This document shows positions 9,694-19,660 of a stretch of DNA of 64,000 nt, in pieces. The stretch is from a bacterium (lineage in GTDB: Bacteria; Electryoneota; Electryoneia; Electryoneales; Electryoneaceae): positions 32,001-96,000 of the forward strand of contig OY769902.1 in NCBI GenBank assembly GCA_963669175.1, in the 5' to 3' direction. Under the pieces are notes generated by a model. That model saw nothing but the letters and a program-made list of their open reading frames with translations, did no database searches and was not told the DNA's origin. Positions within the stretch are counted from its first letter, which is position 1, and each line of letters opens with the position of its first letter. Both the position numbers and the translations under genes were made by a program.

Positions 9694-9812
9694 AATTAGG
9701 AATTAGCAATTAGGAATTAGGAATTAGGAATTTCCAAACCCCATAAAGCAATGTCAATCAACGAATTCCAATGTCTTTCAATTACCAATTACTAATTACT
9801 AATTTCTAATTA
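9694..9812. repeat. Two oppositely oriented heptamer arrays (AATTAGG-type and AATTACT-type)
   Basis: aattagg aattagc aattagg aattagg aattagg at 9694-9728; aattacc aattact aattact aatttct aatt at 9780-9811. Confidence 0.8.
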
Positions 9813-9813
9813 T

Positions 9814-10296
9814 TTAACAGTGTCGTTCTCGAATTGTTTCGATAATCTGTGTCGTGGACAGCCCGGGTACGAGCGGAATAATTTCCACCCGTCCACCGTG
9901 CGCTTCAACCGTATCGCGGCCAACGACAGTATCCGGTGTATAATCGCCACCTTTGACCAGCACGTCCGGGATAACCGTATCAATCAACCCGGCCGGAGTG
10001 TCTTCATCAAAGAACGCGACGGCATCAACCCATTTCAGGGCGAGCAGCATGGCGGCACGATTGTCCTGATCAATAATCGGACGTTTCGGTCCCTTGATCC
10101 TGCGGACACTGGCATCGGAATTCAGGCCGATAATCAGCGCATCCCCGAAAGAACGAGCCTTCCGGATCGATTCCAAATGCCCGGCATGGAGAATGTCAAA
10201 GACTCCATTCGTAAACGCCAGAGTTTCTCCCTGCCGCCTCAGTTCTTCCCGCCAGCGTGCTGCTTCTTCCCAGGAGACCAGGGGCATGAATCGCAT
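9814..10296 (-). CDS. rfaE2: D-glycero-beta-D-manno-heptose 1-phosphate adenylyltransferase (HldE domain II)
   Basis: FTNGVFDILHAGH, GLNSDASVRRIKG, PDVLVKGGDY, GLSTT. Confidence 0.95.
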   Translation of the reverse strand: MRFMPLVSWEEAARWREELRRQGETLAFTNGVFDILHAGHLESIRKARSFGDALIIGLNSDASVRRIKGPKRPIIDQDNRAAMLLALKWVDAVAFFDEDTPAGLIDTVIPDVLVKGGDYTPDTVVGRDTVEAHGGRVEIIPLVPGLSTTQIIETIRERHC

Positions 10297-10313
10297 CCTT
10301 TCAAGCCTGTTCC

Positions 10314-10493
10314 GTCAGGTCTTGCGCAACACACACCGACTTGACAAGGTCCAAAACTTCAAGCGTGTGACCTGGCGGCACTCTTCAGATGGTTCCAAGT
10401 GTCAGGTCACACAGCGACAGAATATCAAGTGCAACTTAACCGTAAAACCAAAATTGAATTCAATTCATTTGCTTTGTCGCTGCAAGACCTGAC
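10314..10493. repeat. Nested inverted-repeat (REP-like) element, CAGGTC family
   Basis: Outer perfect 12-bp IR GTCAGGTCTTGC/GCAAGACCTGAC; inner IR TGTGACCTG/CAGGTCACA; same motifs at 16.4 kb and 40.7-40.9 kb. Confidence 0.7.
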
Positions 10494-10616
10494 ACAACAA
10501 TGCGAAATGTATTCTTGCTTAATACTACCCGTAAAATCGACGACCATCGATTGCCCTTACAGGAAGGAGGCCCCAGTGGAGCCTCCCGAACATGCTGTTC
10601 TTTCAATACTTGGGTG

Positions 10617-10690
10617 TGGGCGATACTGGAGTCGAACCAGTGACCTCTGGTATGTGAGACCAGCGCTCTAACCAACTGAGCTAATCGCCC
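10617..10690 (-). tRNA. tRNA-Val (anticodon CAC), CCA not encoded
   Basis: GGGCGATTAGCTCAGTTGGTTAGAGCG CTGGT-CTCACAT-ACCAG AGGTC ACTGGTTCGACTCCAGT ATCGCCC A: full cloverleaf with TTCGA T-loop. Confidence 0.97.
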
Positions 10691-10751
10691 TTCGTCACAT
10701 TATACCCGAGACGTATCAAGCTTTAGAGTATAGGCGACGCGAACTGAAAAA

Positions 10752-11732
10752 TCAATCCCCGGTCTCAGCGAGCAGGGCCTGTGGAGTAATCGGTACGACA
10801 CCAACTTCACCAACCACATAACCGGCTGCCATAGTAGCCAGTTTTGAGGATTCTTCAGGACTCATTCCGACTGCCTGGGCCGCGGTAATGGTAGCAATCA
10901 CAGTATCTCCAGCGCCGGAAACATCACTGATCTGGTGGTTCTTCGCCGGAATATGCAACGGCTGTTCGCCCATGCGGTACAGGCTCATCCCTTCGGCGCC
11001 GCGTGTAATCAGCACCTGCTCCGCCTGCAAACGCGCCAGCAACTCACCGGAAGCACGATCGATGTCGCTGCGGCTGCGGAGCGGACGTCCCAGGGCACGT
11101 TCCGCTTCTTTACGGTTCGGCTTGAACAGGGTAACGCCCCAATATTCGAAGAAGTTGTTAAACTTGGGATCGACAGTAACGATCATGTTCTTTTCACGGG
11201 CGCGACGCAGAGCGCCGGAGATGATATTACGTGTCATAACACCCTTGTTATAGTCTTGCAGGATAATCGCATTCGCGCCTTCCATAAGGACATCAAGGCG
11301 TTCCTCGATAGCGGCTTCCACTTCAGGACTGACTTCCGCAGTTTCTTCATTGTCGAAGCGGACGACATGCTGATCATCGGCAATCACACGTGTTTTTACC
11401 GTAGTGGGCCGATTGTCCACACAGACGATACCGCGAATATCGGCGCCTGAAAGGGCCAGCGCATCGGTCAACGCTGCGCCATCCAGGTCATCACCGATGA
11501 TACCGATCGGGGTGACACGGCAACCGAGGGAAGTCAGGTTGTAGACTACATTCCCGGCGCCGCCGGGCTTTTCCGCTTCTTCGTAGACTTCAACGACCGG
11601 TACGGGCGCTTCCGGGCTGATCCGGTTCACACGTCCCCAGATATACCGGTCCAACATTTGATCCCCCAGCACAACAACGCTGCAATCTTGAAATTTTTCC
11701 AGCGCTTGCTCGACGGTGCTACGATCAAGCAT
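10752..11732 (-). CDS. rfaE1: D-glycero-beta-D-manno-heptose 7-phosphate kinase (HldE domain I, PfkB family)
   Basis: MLDRYIWGRVNRISPEAPVPV, PGGAGNV, QDYNKG, DVSGAGDTV. Confidence 0.95.
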   Translation of the reverse strand: MLDRSTVEQALEKFQDCSVVVLGDQMLDRYIWGRVNRISPEAPVPVVEVYEEAEKPGGAGNVVYNLTSLGCRVTPIGIIGDDLDGAALTDALALSGADIRGIVCVDNRPTTVKTRVIADDQHVVRFDNEETAEVSPEVEAAIEERLDVLMEGANAIILQDYNKGVMTRNIISGALRRAREKNMIVTVDPKFNNFFEYWGVTLFKPNRKEAERALGRPLRSRSDIDRASGELLARLQAEQVLITRGAEGMSLYRMGEQPLHIPAKNHQISDVSGAGDTVIATITAAQAVGMSPEESSKLATMAAGYVVGEVGVVPITPQALLAETGD

Positions 11733-11952
11733 ACCCCTGCCTCCCTCTGGTTCTCGGGATGATTGCCCCAGTTAGGGCGAATACTGCCTGTTACCTGCGA
11801 TGAGGATGCAATGTACTGAAAAATGAAGGGGCAGACCAACCTTGACTGCTCGAAGGGAACCGGGTAACTGCTTCAGATAGCGAGCTTCTCTTGGCTCCGC
11901 TGAAGGAAATCGCTACCTTCTTTCTAAACATCCACCAAATCCAGGGGGGATA

Positions 11953-13128
11953 ATGGAAAAATACAACGTGATGTTCATTGATGATGATGTAGCTATTCTT
12001 GAAACATTCGAGAGTATGCTCAGATTCAAAGAAAACGAGTGGAACATGACATTTGCGCCGTCAGGCGAGGAAGCCTGGCAGTTTATGCAGGACACGCAGT
12101 TTGATGTGATAACACTAGATGTTGATATGCCTGATATAAACGGTATTGATTTGCTGAAACGTATTAAAGCAGATCCGAAAACCAGCGCCACCAAAGTCGT
12201 CATGGTGACCGGGCTGCAAGACGCTGACCTGAAAAGGCAAGCGCTTGAACTGGGCGCTGCCGACCTTCTCCCGAAACCTATCCGGATGATTGACCTGATC
12301 GCACGTATTAATAATGTTTTACGTGTCAAGAGGTATGAGGATGAACTGCTGGAGAAAAACAAAACCCTCCATAATCAGCTCGCGCATATTCAGTTCATGG
12401 AACTGGTCGGGATGATTGCCGCCAAGAATATTCATGATCTCAAGAATATCAACATGATTATCATGGGCTTCCTGGAATTGATGAAGATGGATGTAGAACC
12501 GGACTCGCCGTTGATGGAATCGCTGAGTGAGATGGAAACAGCGACCAAAAGGATGGATACCCGGGTAAAACATATCCTCAAGGTAGGTAAACCTTCGTTG
12601 AACATTCGTACGCTGAATGTTGTCGATGTGCTCAAAGAAGCGCTGGCCATGATAGAGCCCTTCTTCCCGAAGGGAAAAAGCGCAGCATGGGAAGAACCTG
12701 TGGAGAAGTATTACACCCGGATGGCGCATGCGCGTCTGATACAGGTATTCCTGAATCTTCTGATCCAGGCAACTGAATCAGTTTCAAAGAAAGAAACGGT
12801 CAGTATCTCATTGGATACTGTCAATAAGGAAAGTGTGCCGGATTGCCCGGAAATGAACAAAGACTACCTTCGTATCATTATTCGTGACAATGGGAAATCC
12901 CTTTCTGCCAACGCTCTCAAGAGATTGTGTGAGCTGGATGACAGCAAAGAAGGGGTGCAACAACGTAATACAGGTTTTCTTGTCAGCAAGGAAGTGATGG
13001 AAGAAGCCGGTGGGTGTATGAAGGTGAGCGCTGATCCGGAACGTGGTACGATCCGCACCATGTTAATACCTTTGGTGGAAAAAGAAGAAGAGAAGGAGTC
13101 GCTCCAAGATCCCCTGCTCAGAGAGTAA
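11953..13128 (+). CDS. Receiver + HisKA + degenerate HATPase hybrid protein
   Basis: IDDD...LDVDMPDINGIDLL...KP receiver; H-box IHDLKN; eroded ATP-binding boxes (LNLLIQA, DNGKS). Confidence 0.85.
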   Translation: MEKYNVMFIDDDVAILETFESMLRFKENEWNMTFAPSGEEAWQFMQDTQFDVITLDVDMPDINGIDLLKRIKADPKTSATKVVMVTGLQDADLKRQALELGAADLLPKPIRMIDLIARINNVLRVKRYEDELLEKNKTLHNQLAHIQFMELVGMIAAKNIHDLKNINMIIMGFLELMKMDVEPDSPLMESLSEMETATKRMDTRVKHILKVGKPSLNIRTLNVVDVLKEALAMIEPFFPKGKSAAWEEPVEKYYTRMAHARLIQVFLNLLIQATESVSKKETVSISLDTVNKESVPDCPEMNKDYLRIIIRDNGKSLSANALKRLCELDDSKEGVQQRNTGFLVSKEVMEEAGGCMKVSADPERGTIRTMLIPLVEKEEEKESLQDPLLRE

Positions 13129-13138
13129 AGGCATAAAC

Positions 13139-13855
13139 ATGTTAAAACGCTTAACCATTCTTCTATTAGTAAGCTTCATTCTGGCGCCTGTATCACATAC
13201 TTTTGCCCGGGAAGATACGCCCTGGTATCGTACCATCGGTATCAGTCTGCAACGTGATGGCATGTTCGCAACCACCTACCATACCACCGGAGATATCTGG
13301 TGGGGTTATTATGGCCCGTCCTACTTCAACGAAGGCAATTCCATTCACCGGTATGGCTACAGCTTCTATGCCCAGGCGGATGTGTATAAAACGTACTATG
13401 TGAAACTTGGCTTCCGTCTGTTGAACCAGCCCGACGATGTGCTCAAAGCGCACTATACCGAGTATGGTGTCAATACGGATGGCGAATCTGTAGAAATTCA
13501 CTACGCATCCGATATCAGCGATATGGCGGACCTGGCTGTCATTGATATCTTTGGCGGATACCGGTATCCCATGCACAAGCTGCTGAATGTCAATTTCGGT
13601 ATTGGCGTAAGCTGGTTCAGAAGTAACAACCAGGGAAAAGCCCTGTTCGGCGGGTTTGCCGACCTGGAATTCAAACCGATTCCCATGGTCGGTTTCAGCG
13701 GCGGTATCAAGTTCGCGCAAAAGGTACGGTTCAGCGAAACTCAGGAGGTCGTCGAGGAGACCACGCCATTTCGTCGAGCGACAAACACGATTCACCTTGA
13801 GTGGGACTCCTGGTGTTATTACTTTGGCATGACGGTATATCCGGGGTTGTGGTAG
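13139..13855 (+). CDS. Probable outer-membrane beta-barrel protein
   Basis: Signal peptide ending TFA; alternating aromatic/Gly strands; C-terminal YYFGMTVYPGLW. Confidence 0.65.
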   Translation: MLKRLTILLLVSFILAPVSHTFAREDTPWYRTIGISLQRDGMFATTYHTTGDIWWGYYGPSYFNEGNSIHRYGYSFYAQADVYKTYYVKLGFRLLNQPDDVLKAHYTEYGVNTDGESVEIHYASDISDMADLAVIDIFGGYRYPMHKLLNVNFGIGVSWFRSNNQGKALFGGFADLEFKPIPMVGFSGGIKFAQKVRFSETQEVVEETTPFRRATNTIHLEWDSWCYYFGMTVYPGLW

Positions 13856-13958
13856 GAAGTGAAAAAAGTAGGCAGTGAAAAAAGTGAAAAAAGAATCAGA
13901 TAATTGGGAAGTTATTGGGTGGTCCCCGGAGTTGGAAAGTTGGAAAGTTAATCCATGT

Positions 13959-14058
13959 GCATGACCCGATATGCCTGATATGCAGCATGATTCTCGTGAA
14001 ATGCTGACAACACTTGTGGGGCTTCGCCCTGTGATGAAGATGATGAGCAAGTCGGGAT
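13959..14058 (+). repeat. ~100-bp fixed-length element, diverged copy E
   Basis: GACCCGATATGC...GAGCAAGTCGGGAT; 100-bp span; stem changes are compensatory relative to copies A-D. Confidence 0.55.
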
Positions 14059-14090
14059 TATCTGAAAAGTTTGAAAGTTGAAAAGTTAAT

Positions 14091-14191
14091 GGGTGGCCCG
14101 ATCCGCAAGTGATGCAGTTGTGTGTTCCTGCTGCTGCTGCAATAGGGTGAAAGACCTGCAATCTGTTGTGTAACCTTGAGCGCATCGGGAC
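14091..14191 (+). repeat. ~100-bp fixed-length element, copy B
   Basis: GGGTGGCCCGATCCGCAAGTGA...GAGCGCATCGGGAC, 101 bp. Confidence 0.85.
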
Positions 14192-14321
14192 TATGCAGGG
14201 TTGGAAGGTTGAAAAGTTCTAAAGTTACTAATTTGTTAAAATAACGACCTCATTTATCAAAGATGTGTGGCCCGGGTGCTGGCACCCGGGAGTTGATTGT
14301 GAACAACAACTTGTAGATTTT

Positions 14322-14374
14322 GTCGTAGGGGTGAGCCGTGTAGTTTGAGGGAGCGCACGGTGTACCCCTACGAC
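14322..14374. repeat. GTAG-type REP-like palindrome
   Basis: GTCGTAGGGGT-gag-CCGTG...CACGG-tgt-ACCCCTACGAC, upstream of tolQ. Confidence 0.6.
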
Positions 14375-14404
14375 TCCTCATAAGGTCAGCAAAGAAGGCA
14401 TCTC

Positions 14405-15076
14405 ATGAGCCTCTGGACGATTTTCCTGCATGCTTCCATCGTGAACAAGCTGCTGCTTGTCATTCTGTTGGGAGCTTCGGTTTTCAGTTGGGCGATTGTC
14501 ATCGATCGTTTCCGTTATTTTCGTCGGTCACGTATCGCCGACCTGGCATTCCTGGAAGCGGTCGGGCGAGCCTGGACCCGCAAAACACTGCACAGCGCAG
14601 CGACTTCCACGAACGATTCTCCGGTTGGAAAGATTTTTCTCGCCGCAGAAGCGGAAGTCATGGCGCGTGGCAATGCGACAGTTAAAGCCTGGACCGAACT
14701 GCTTGAGATTGAACGTGAGGCCCAGCGTCCCGAGGGCGAACGTGGTCTGCCGATCCTCGCGATTATCGCCAGCGCCAGCCCGTTTGTCGGATTGATGGGA
14801 ACGGTCTGGGGAGTGATGGTAGCGTTCCTTCGGCTGGCGGAACTCCAGGGCGGGCAACCGGCGCTGGAAATGGTCGGTCCCGGTATCGCGGAAGCGTTGA
14901 TTGCTACAGCCGTAGGTCTGTTCGCAGCTATTCCGGCCGTGGTCGCATACAATGCGTTTGTCGCACAACAACGGAACCTGCAACGTCGTGCCACCGATTT
15001 CATCCGACGCCTGGAAGTGGCCATTTCTATCCCGCCCAAGGGACGTGAAGAAGACGGCGAAGAGGCCGACGCATGA
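14405..15076 (+). CDS. tolQ: MotA/TolQ/ExbB proton channel protein
   Basis: SPFVGLMGTVWGVM...GPGIAEALIATAVGLFAAIPAVVAYN. Confidence 0.85.
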   Translation: MSLWTIFLHASIVNKLLLVILLGASVFSWAIVIDRFRYFRRSRIADLAFLEAVGRAWTRKTLHSAATSTNDSPVGKIFLAAEAEVMARGNATVKAWTELLEIEREAQRPEGERGLPILAIIASASPFVGLMGTVWGVMVAFLRLAELQGGQPALEMVGPGIAEALIATAVGLFAAIPAVVAYNAFVAQQRNLQRRATDFIRRLEVAISIPPKGREEDGEEADA

Positions 15077-15543
15077 TGGGCGTCAACAATAAAAAGGGCG
15101 AGGATGACGGCCTTGAAGGACTGGCAGAAATCAACGTAACCCCGTTGGTGGATGTCTTTCTTGTCCTGCTGGTCATCTTCATGATCACTGCCCCGGTGAT
15201 CAAAACCGCCCTGGAGATGGGATTGCCCGAGTCGGAATCGGCCAATCCCAACCCGGCCCAGGGATTGACGGTGAAGGTGTTCGCCGATTCTACCATGTTC
15301 ATCGTGACCGATGATTATGAAGAACGAGTTTTTATCGGCGCATTTGGCAACCGTTTCAAGGCCATCTGGAACGATATGGATGACGAAGGCAAACGTCGTC
15401 CTGTATTCCTCGCGGCAGACGAAACCATACCCTACAGTGTGATTATTTATGCCTTGGATGTGATGCGTCAGTCCGGTGTTAAGGATATCGGTCTGCTCAC
15501 CCAGAACGCCAAGGAAGCCAAACGCCGGGGGAGACGAAAGTGA
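15073..15543 (+). CDS. tolR: ExbD/TolR family protein
   Basis: EINVTPLVDVFLVLLVIFMITAP; overlaps the tolQ stop. Confidence 0.85.
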   Translation: MMGVNNKKGEDDGLEGLAEINVTPLVDVFLVLLVIFMITAPVIKTALEMGLPESESANPNPAQGLTVKVFADSTMFIVTDDYEERVFIGAFGNRFKAIWNDMDDEGKRRPVFLAADETIPYSVIIYALDVMRQSGVKDIGLLTQNAKEAKRRGRRK

Positions 15544-16358
15544 CGACCTGGCAGTTCAGAAACGATCCACAATGGAAAAGCAGTGTGCGCCTTGCCCTGA
15601 TCTTGCACGGTGTGCTGCTTGCGTTGTTGATCATACTGCCACAATTTTCCTTTGATTCCAAACCCCAGGAAATCCAGTTCGTGCGCCTGATGGGTGGTGG
15701 GGATCGTACACCCGGCTGGATTACGTCAACCGAACGCCAGGTAACCGAAGCGAAGGTGCATGACGGCCTTCCGGTGCAACCCAAACCGCAGCCACGTGAA
15801 GAAGTGAAGACCGAACCAGCGCCTTCTCAGCAGGAAACTGTGCCCGCTTTGCAGGAAGAGACGTCCAAGCCGAAAGAGGAAACGACCCATCAGGAAGAAA
15901 CACCTGCATTACCGGAACCGGAAGTGAAGAGTAATGCGGAAGAAGGATCCAGCGAGACCGCTCGTGGTGAAGGCGCTCAGACGGAAGAGGTGAAAGAAGA
16001 AGCGTCATCGGGTACAGGAGTGGCACGTGCGCCGGGACCGGAAGGGCCGGGTCGCGGGGCCACCAGTGACGCTCAATTCGCCGGGGCGGATCGTTACATG
16101 CTGAGTGTGGAAGCGGAAGTGAACAAGAATTTCCGTTACCGCAGCCAGGGCAGCAAGCAGGTTTCAGCCGTGGTGCATTTTTACATCAACAAACGTGGAC
16201 GGGTAGAAGAACTGATCCTGATGCAGGCCAGCGGCATTGCCAGCCTGGACCAGGCCGCACAGTCCGCCGTAAAACGATCCGGCTTTCCTCCGCTCCCCAT
16301 GAGCTACCCGGCATCGCGCCTCGGGATTACCTACCGGTTCTATAACCTGAAGAAGTAG
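15540..16358 (+). CDS. TonB/TolA-like energy transducer
   Basis: N-terminal TM helix with His (LILHGVLL), Pro/Glu-rich linker, C-terminal SGIASLDQAAQSAVKRS-GFPPLP. Confidence 0.85.
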   Translation: MTTWQFRNDPQWKSSVRLALILHGVLLALLIILPQFSFDSKPQEIQFVRLMGGGDRTPGWITSTERQVTEAKVHDGLPVQPKPQPREEVKTEPAPSQQETVPALQEETSKPKEETTHQEETPALPEPEVKSNAEEGSSETARGEGAQTEEVKEEASSGTGVARAPGPEGPGRGATSDAQFAGADRYMLSVEAEVNKNFRYRSQGSKQVSAVVHFYINKRGRVEELILMQASGIASLDQAAQSAVKRSGFPPLPMSYPASRLGITYRFYNLKK

Positions 16359-16384
16359 CTCCCTCGAGGACCATCAACATTTTT

Positions 16385-16546
16385 TGGTTCCTCACAAGAA
16401 TTTGCGCATCCGGGCAAAGTTGTGGCAGGTCTTGACGCGACATTCCGTTTTCGGCTTTCGCAATGTATTTCTGAATGCACATGATACTGAAACCACCTCT
16501 CGTCCTGTTATTGTCGCGTTGTGACCTGCCACCGGTATCAGCACTC
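16385..16546 (+). repeat. ~160-bp dispersed repeat; inverted copy at ~40800-40962
   Basis: Contains ATGATACTGAAACCACCTCTCGTCCTGTTATTGTCGCGTTGTGACCTGCCACCGGTATCAGCACTC, whose exact reverse complement lies at ~40800-40865. Confidence 0.9.
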
Positions 16547-16736
16547 CAGTGGACCATTGCACCTGCTATGATGTTGTCGGCAATACGAGCATGTCATACA
16601 GAACACCCTGTAAATCAGGCCACCCAGGCATTCCGCAGTTCCCGACGGCAAGTTTACATATCATTCAGCATATCCCGGAATCGTAATGCAGTTCAATTAT
16701 ATATCTTAATTCTTCATTCTTAATTCACAAGAGGTT

Positions 16737-16837
16737 GGGTGACCCGATCCGCAGGTGATGCAACTTCCGTTTTCGATTCAGCAGGAAAACTCTCATTACA
16801 TCTCTTATTCAATCGATACTCATGAGCGCATCGGGAC
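16737..16837 (+). repeat. ~100-bp fixed-length element, copy C, followed by an inverted right end of the E variant at 16865-16881
   Basis: GGGTGACCCGATCCGCAGGTGA...GAGCGCATCGGGAC, 101 bp; ATCCCGACTTGCTCATC is the reverse complement of 14042-14058. Confidence 0.85.
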
Positions 16838-17004
16838 AGGGCTTCACACAAAAGAGAAAACGCAATCCCGACTTGCTCATCCTCACTCGGCACGGTTGCT
16901 ATTGATTGCAAGCGGTGATAGTTTATCAGGATGAGTGTGCTGTAAACGTAGAGGACTATTTCCGTTAATTTGATTCATTTCTGAAAGATACGCATGGAGG
17001 CTAC

Positions 17005-18741
17005 ATGCGGCTTCATTTTCGTGCTAACCTGACCTGCCTGCCAGGGATAGTCCTGTTGTTCACTGTATTGTTTTCAACCGTCCCGGTATTTGCCGATTGG
17101 CCGGACACTGGCTTGCAAGTCACTCCACCGGGTTGTACAGGTCGTTACAAAGTCGTCCCGGATGGTGTGGGCGGCGCCTATATCGGCTGGTATGTCGAAG
17201 TCTCGCCCGATATGATGGGCTCTCTGGTACAACACATCGACGCCGATGGGAACATCCTGTGGGATCCACAGGGAATCTCAGCCGTAGACCCGGATTCTGC
17301 CCACAGAACAATCTTCTATGACCTGCTGGCAGATGGTGAGGGTAACCTGCTGGTACTCTCCATAGCGCGATTGCTTGATCAGGTGGGAAGTTTTTTTACA
17401 GTTCAGAAACTGTCACCATCGGGTGAACGGTTGTGGGGCGCTACGGGACGTAGTGTTACTGGAGATTCGTCATCTACAACAGATGCAGGCTTCTCAGATC
17501 CCATGGTACTGGATGAGAACGGCAATATCATTGTTATTTACATGGCGATGGATGATGACGAGCTCTTGTGCTTTTCAAGCAAGCTGGATACGAATGGAGA
17601 TGTAGTCTGGACCACGCTGCTCGGTGATCATTTTACCTCTCATGGACAGTGTGTTCCTGATGGTGAGGGGGGCGTCATTTATGCCAGGCGTGGAGTCAAT
17701 GCAGACTATGATCATGCGATCCTTGGGGCGCGTGTGGACTCCGAAGGCAACAGCGTTTGGTGGCCCAGTAACTATTATCTCCTGAACCGTCAACCGGACA
17801 ATAATGTATATCCCACACAACACTTCAAGCTGATTCCCAGGCCGTCTGGCGGGGCGCTGATGGTCGCACAGTCTTTCAGTGCATCCAATATCCCGCCTTG
17901 TGAATTTCTGTTAGTCGTCATTGAGCCGGATGGAGACTTTCCACTTGGTCCAAGAGGAGCTACGATATTTCGCTGTGACGACATGGTTGATTTTGATATG
18001 GTAATGCATGATGATATCCTGTATGTATCCCTTTACAACAGGGACAGCCCACCGGAACGTGGGCATTATGTCTTCCGAACGGATGAAAACGGAACACTCC
18101 TGGATCCGGGGGGGTACGTAGAATTCGATACAACTTCACTGCGTGGTAGTGAAGTAAGAATTGAACCAACAACAGACCATCTCCTGATCGCCTATTCGCG
18201 AAAGGTATCTCCCACCAACTCCACGCGTTACCCCCATTGCCAGGCATTCACGGCTGAAGGGAGTTTTCCCTGGGGTGCTGTTGGGCATCTGATTGCGGAT
18301 ACGACACTGCCCTATGACGGTTACCGCCTGCAAACCTGCAATGTGGGTGGCGATACGGTTTTTGTTGCCTGGATGCCTAATGAGACCAGTGTTGTGACTG
18401 TAATGCCCGTTTATCCAGACGGCAGCACACCCTGGTATGACAACCCGGTGCAGGAAAGGTCAACCGCGCCGAATCCCCAGAGTTTCCGGATAGATTCGGT
18501 TTATCCCCAACCCTTCAACCACCAGGTCCATATCTCGTTCTTCCTACCTGAACCGGACCGGGTGACCTTTACCATATACAACCTGAACGGTCAGGTTGTG
18601 CAGAACATGACACACCATTTCGAGCAAGCCGGACAGCAGGTGATGAACCTTGATTTGAAAACAACAGCAGCCGGTGTCTTCTATATAAAAGTAATCAGCG
18701 GAGATCAAAGCTGCGTCTCTAAGCTGGTGCATATAAAATAG
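17005..18741 (+). CDS. Secreted beta-propeller-like repeat protein with T9SS-type C-terminal domain
   Basis: Signal peptide; repeats PDGVGGAYIGW...QHIDADGNILW; C-terminal VYPQPFN...IYNLNGQVV...AGVFYIKV. Confidence 0.8.
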   Translation: MRLHFRANLTCLPGIVLLFTVLFSTVPVFADWPDTGLQVTPPGCTGRYKVVPDGVGGAYIGWYVEVSPDMMGSLVQHIDADGNILWDPQGISAVDPDSAHRTIFYDLLADGEGNLLVLSIARLLDQVGSFFTVQKLSPSGERLWGATGRSVTGDSSSTTDAGFSDPMVLDENGNIIVIYMAMDDDELLCFSSKLDTNGDVVWTTLLGDHFTSHGQCVPDGEGGVIYARRGVNADYDHAILGARVDSEGNSVWWPSNYYLLNRQPDNNVYPTQHFKLIPRPSGGALMVAQSFSASNIPPCEFLLVVIEPDGDFPLGPRGATIFRCDDMVDFDMVMHDDILYVSLYNRDSPPERGHYVFRTDENGTLLDPGGYVEFDTTSLRGSEVRIEPTTDHLLIAYSRKVSPTNSTRYPHCQAFTAEGSFPWGAVGHLIADTTLPYDGYRLQTCNVGGDTVFVAWMPNETSVVTVMPVYPDGSTPWYDNPVQERSTAPNPQSFRIDSVYPQPFNHQVHISFFLPEPDRVTFTIYNLNGQVVQNMTHHFEQAGQQVMNLDLKTTAAGVFYIKVISGDQSCVSKLVHIK

Positions 18742-19660
18742 GATACCCCCTGCGTTCTATACTACTTATGGCTGAATTGCCCGGTACACCCCTTTTTCGC
18801 CTATGTGCTCCCTGTGACAATAGTGAACCAGTGTGATTAAACGGAATACTCGCCCTGTTCAGCTCTTCCATTGAAACATCATGCCGTTGACCATCCCCCC
18901 AGCCAGCATGCCCCCTCCATGATCGGAAACTTCAGCTCTGATTTTTCTCTCCATTTTCCAGAGAATTGACGCAGCATTTCACCCCTTGCTTGGCCCAAGA
19001 TGACAATAGCAAATATTTCGATTTGATTCTTGTCATTTAATTATTGTTGTTGCACAATCATTCAACACTATTACAAAATAATACTGATTATTATCTAATT
19101 AATGCATATTATTATACGATTATATCTAGCTATTATGAGACTCCTGGAGGCATAAAAATTTGTTCTATTCATAATACCCTGTTGTTGACTGGCTATTATA
19201 ACAGTTACTAGAGTATTGATTATGCATATACTATTAGCACTATCATATTTGGTGTTATTGGTAATATTTCACCAATATCGTATTATTTCCTGAGATATAT
19301 CACAAACCAAGAATATGCAAAATTTATCTAATATACCAATTGCATAATATTTGTATTCATTATATTCATCATTTTAATATTTTATATGTTATTACAATAT
19401 GATATCAAAGGTTATTAAGATCTTATTGCAAATATTTAATTATGTTTTAGAAGTCGTATAACAAGTATTAGTGCCATTATTGTCATTTATTAAGCATCCT
19501 GCACTGCTTCCCTGTTGATCTTACGTACATCCTGATTGCAGTAAAACTGAATTGTTGTAACTGGTTGGTTAAGACGATTCTGCCATTCGGGAATACGTTT
19601 ACTGCTCTGGCGAAAGAATGGCCTAACGGAAAGAAGCACTCATCAAAGGAGGGAAGTACC

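Larger units (their letters stand above)
13856..14226. repeat. Clusters of short tandem repeats (AAGTGAAAA; octamer AAAGTTG(G/A))
   Basis: aagtgaaaaaagt repeated at 13857-13892; gttggaaa gttggaaa gtt at ~13931; aaagtttg aaagttga aaagtt at ~14066; ggttggaa ggttgaaa agttctaa agtt at ~14200. Confidence 0.6.

Noticed and set aside
10617-10690. tRNA-Val as an integration site of a genomic island
   Set aside because: No integrase and no duplicated tRNA 3' end seen; flanks are housekeeping rfaE1 and rfaE2.
11860-11915. Imperfect hairpin between divergent rfaE1 and the hybrid regulator as an ncRNA or riboswitch
   Set aside because: Single copy, no recognisable consensus (no SRP RNA or riboswitch motif); insufficient support.
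13193-14185. 330-aa minus-strand ORF and other short intergenic ORFs (16475, 37186-37539, 40673-41149, 49326, 53835-54326)
   Set aside because: They overlap real genes on the opposite strand or read through repeat DNA; the shared peptide MILKPPLVLLLSRCDLPPVSAL only reflects the DNA repeat.
19565-19660. Longer N terminus for paralog 1 given in the ORF track
   Set aside because: Alignment with the other four and the RBS position support ATG 19661.
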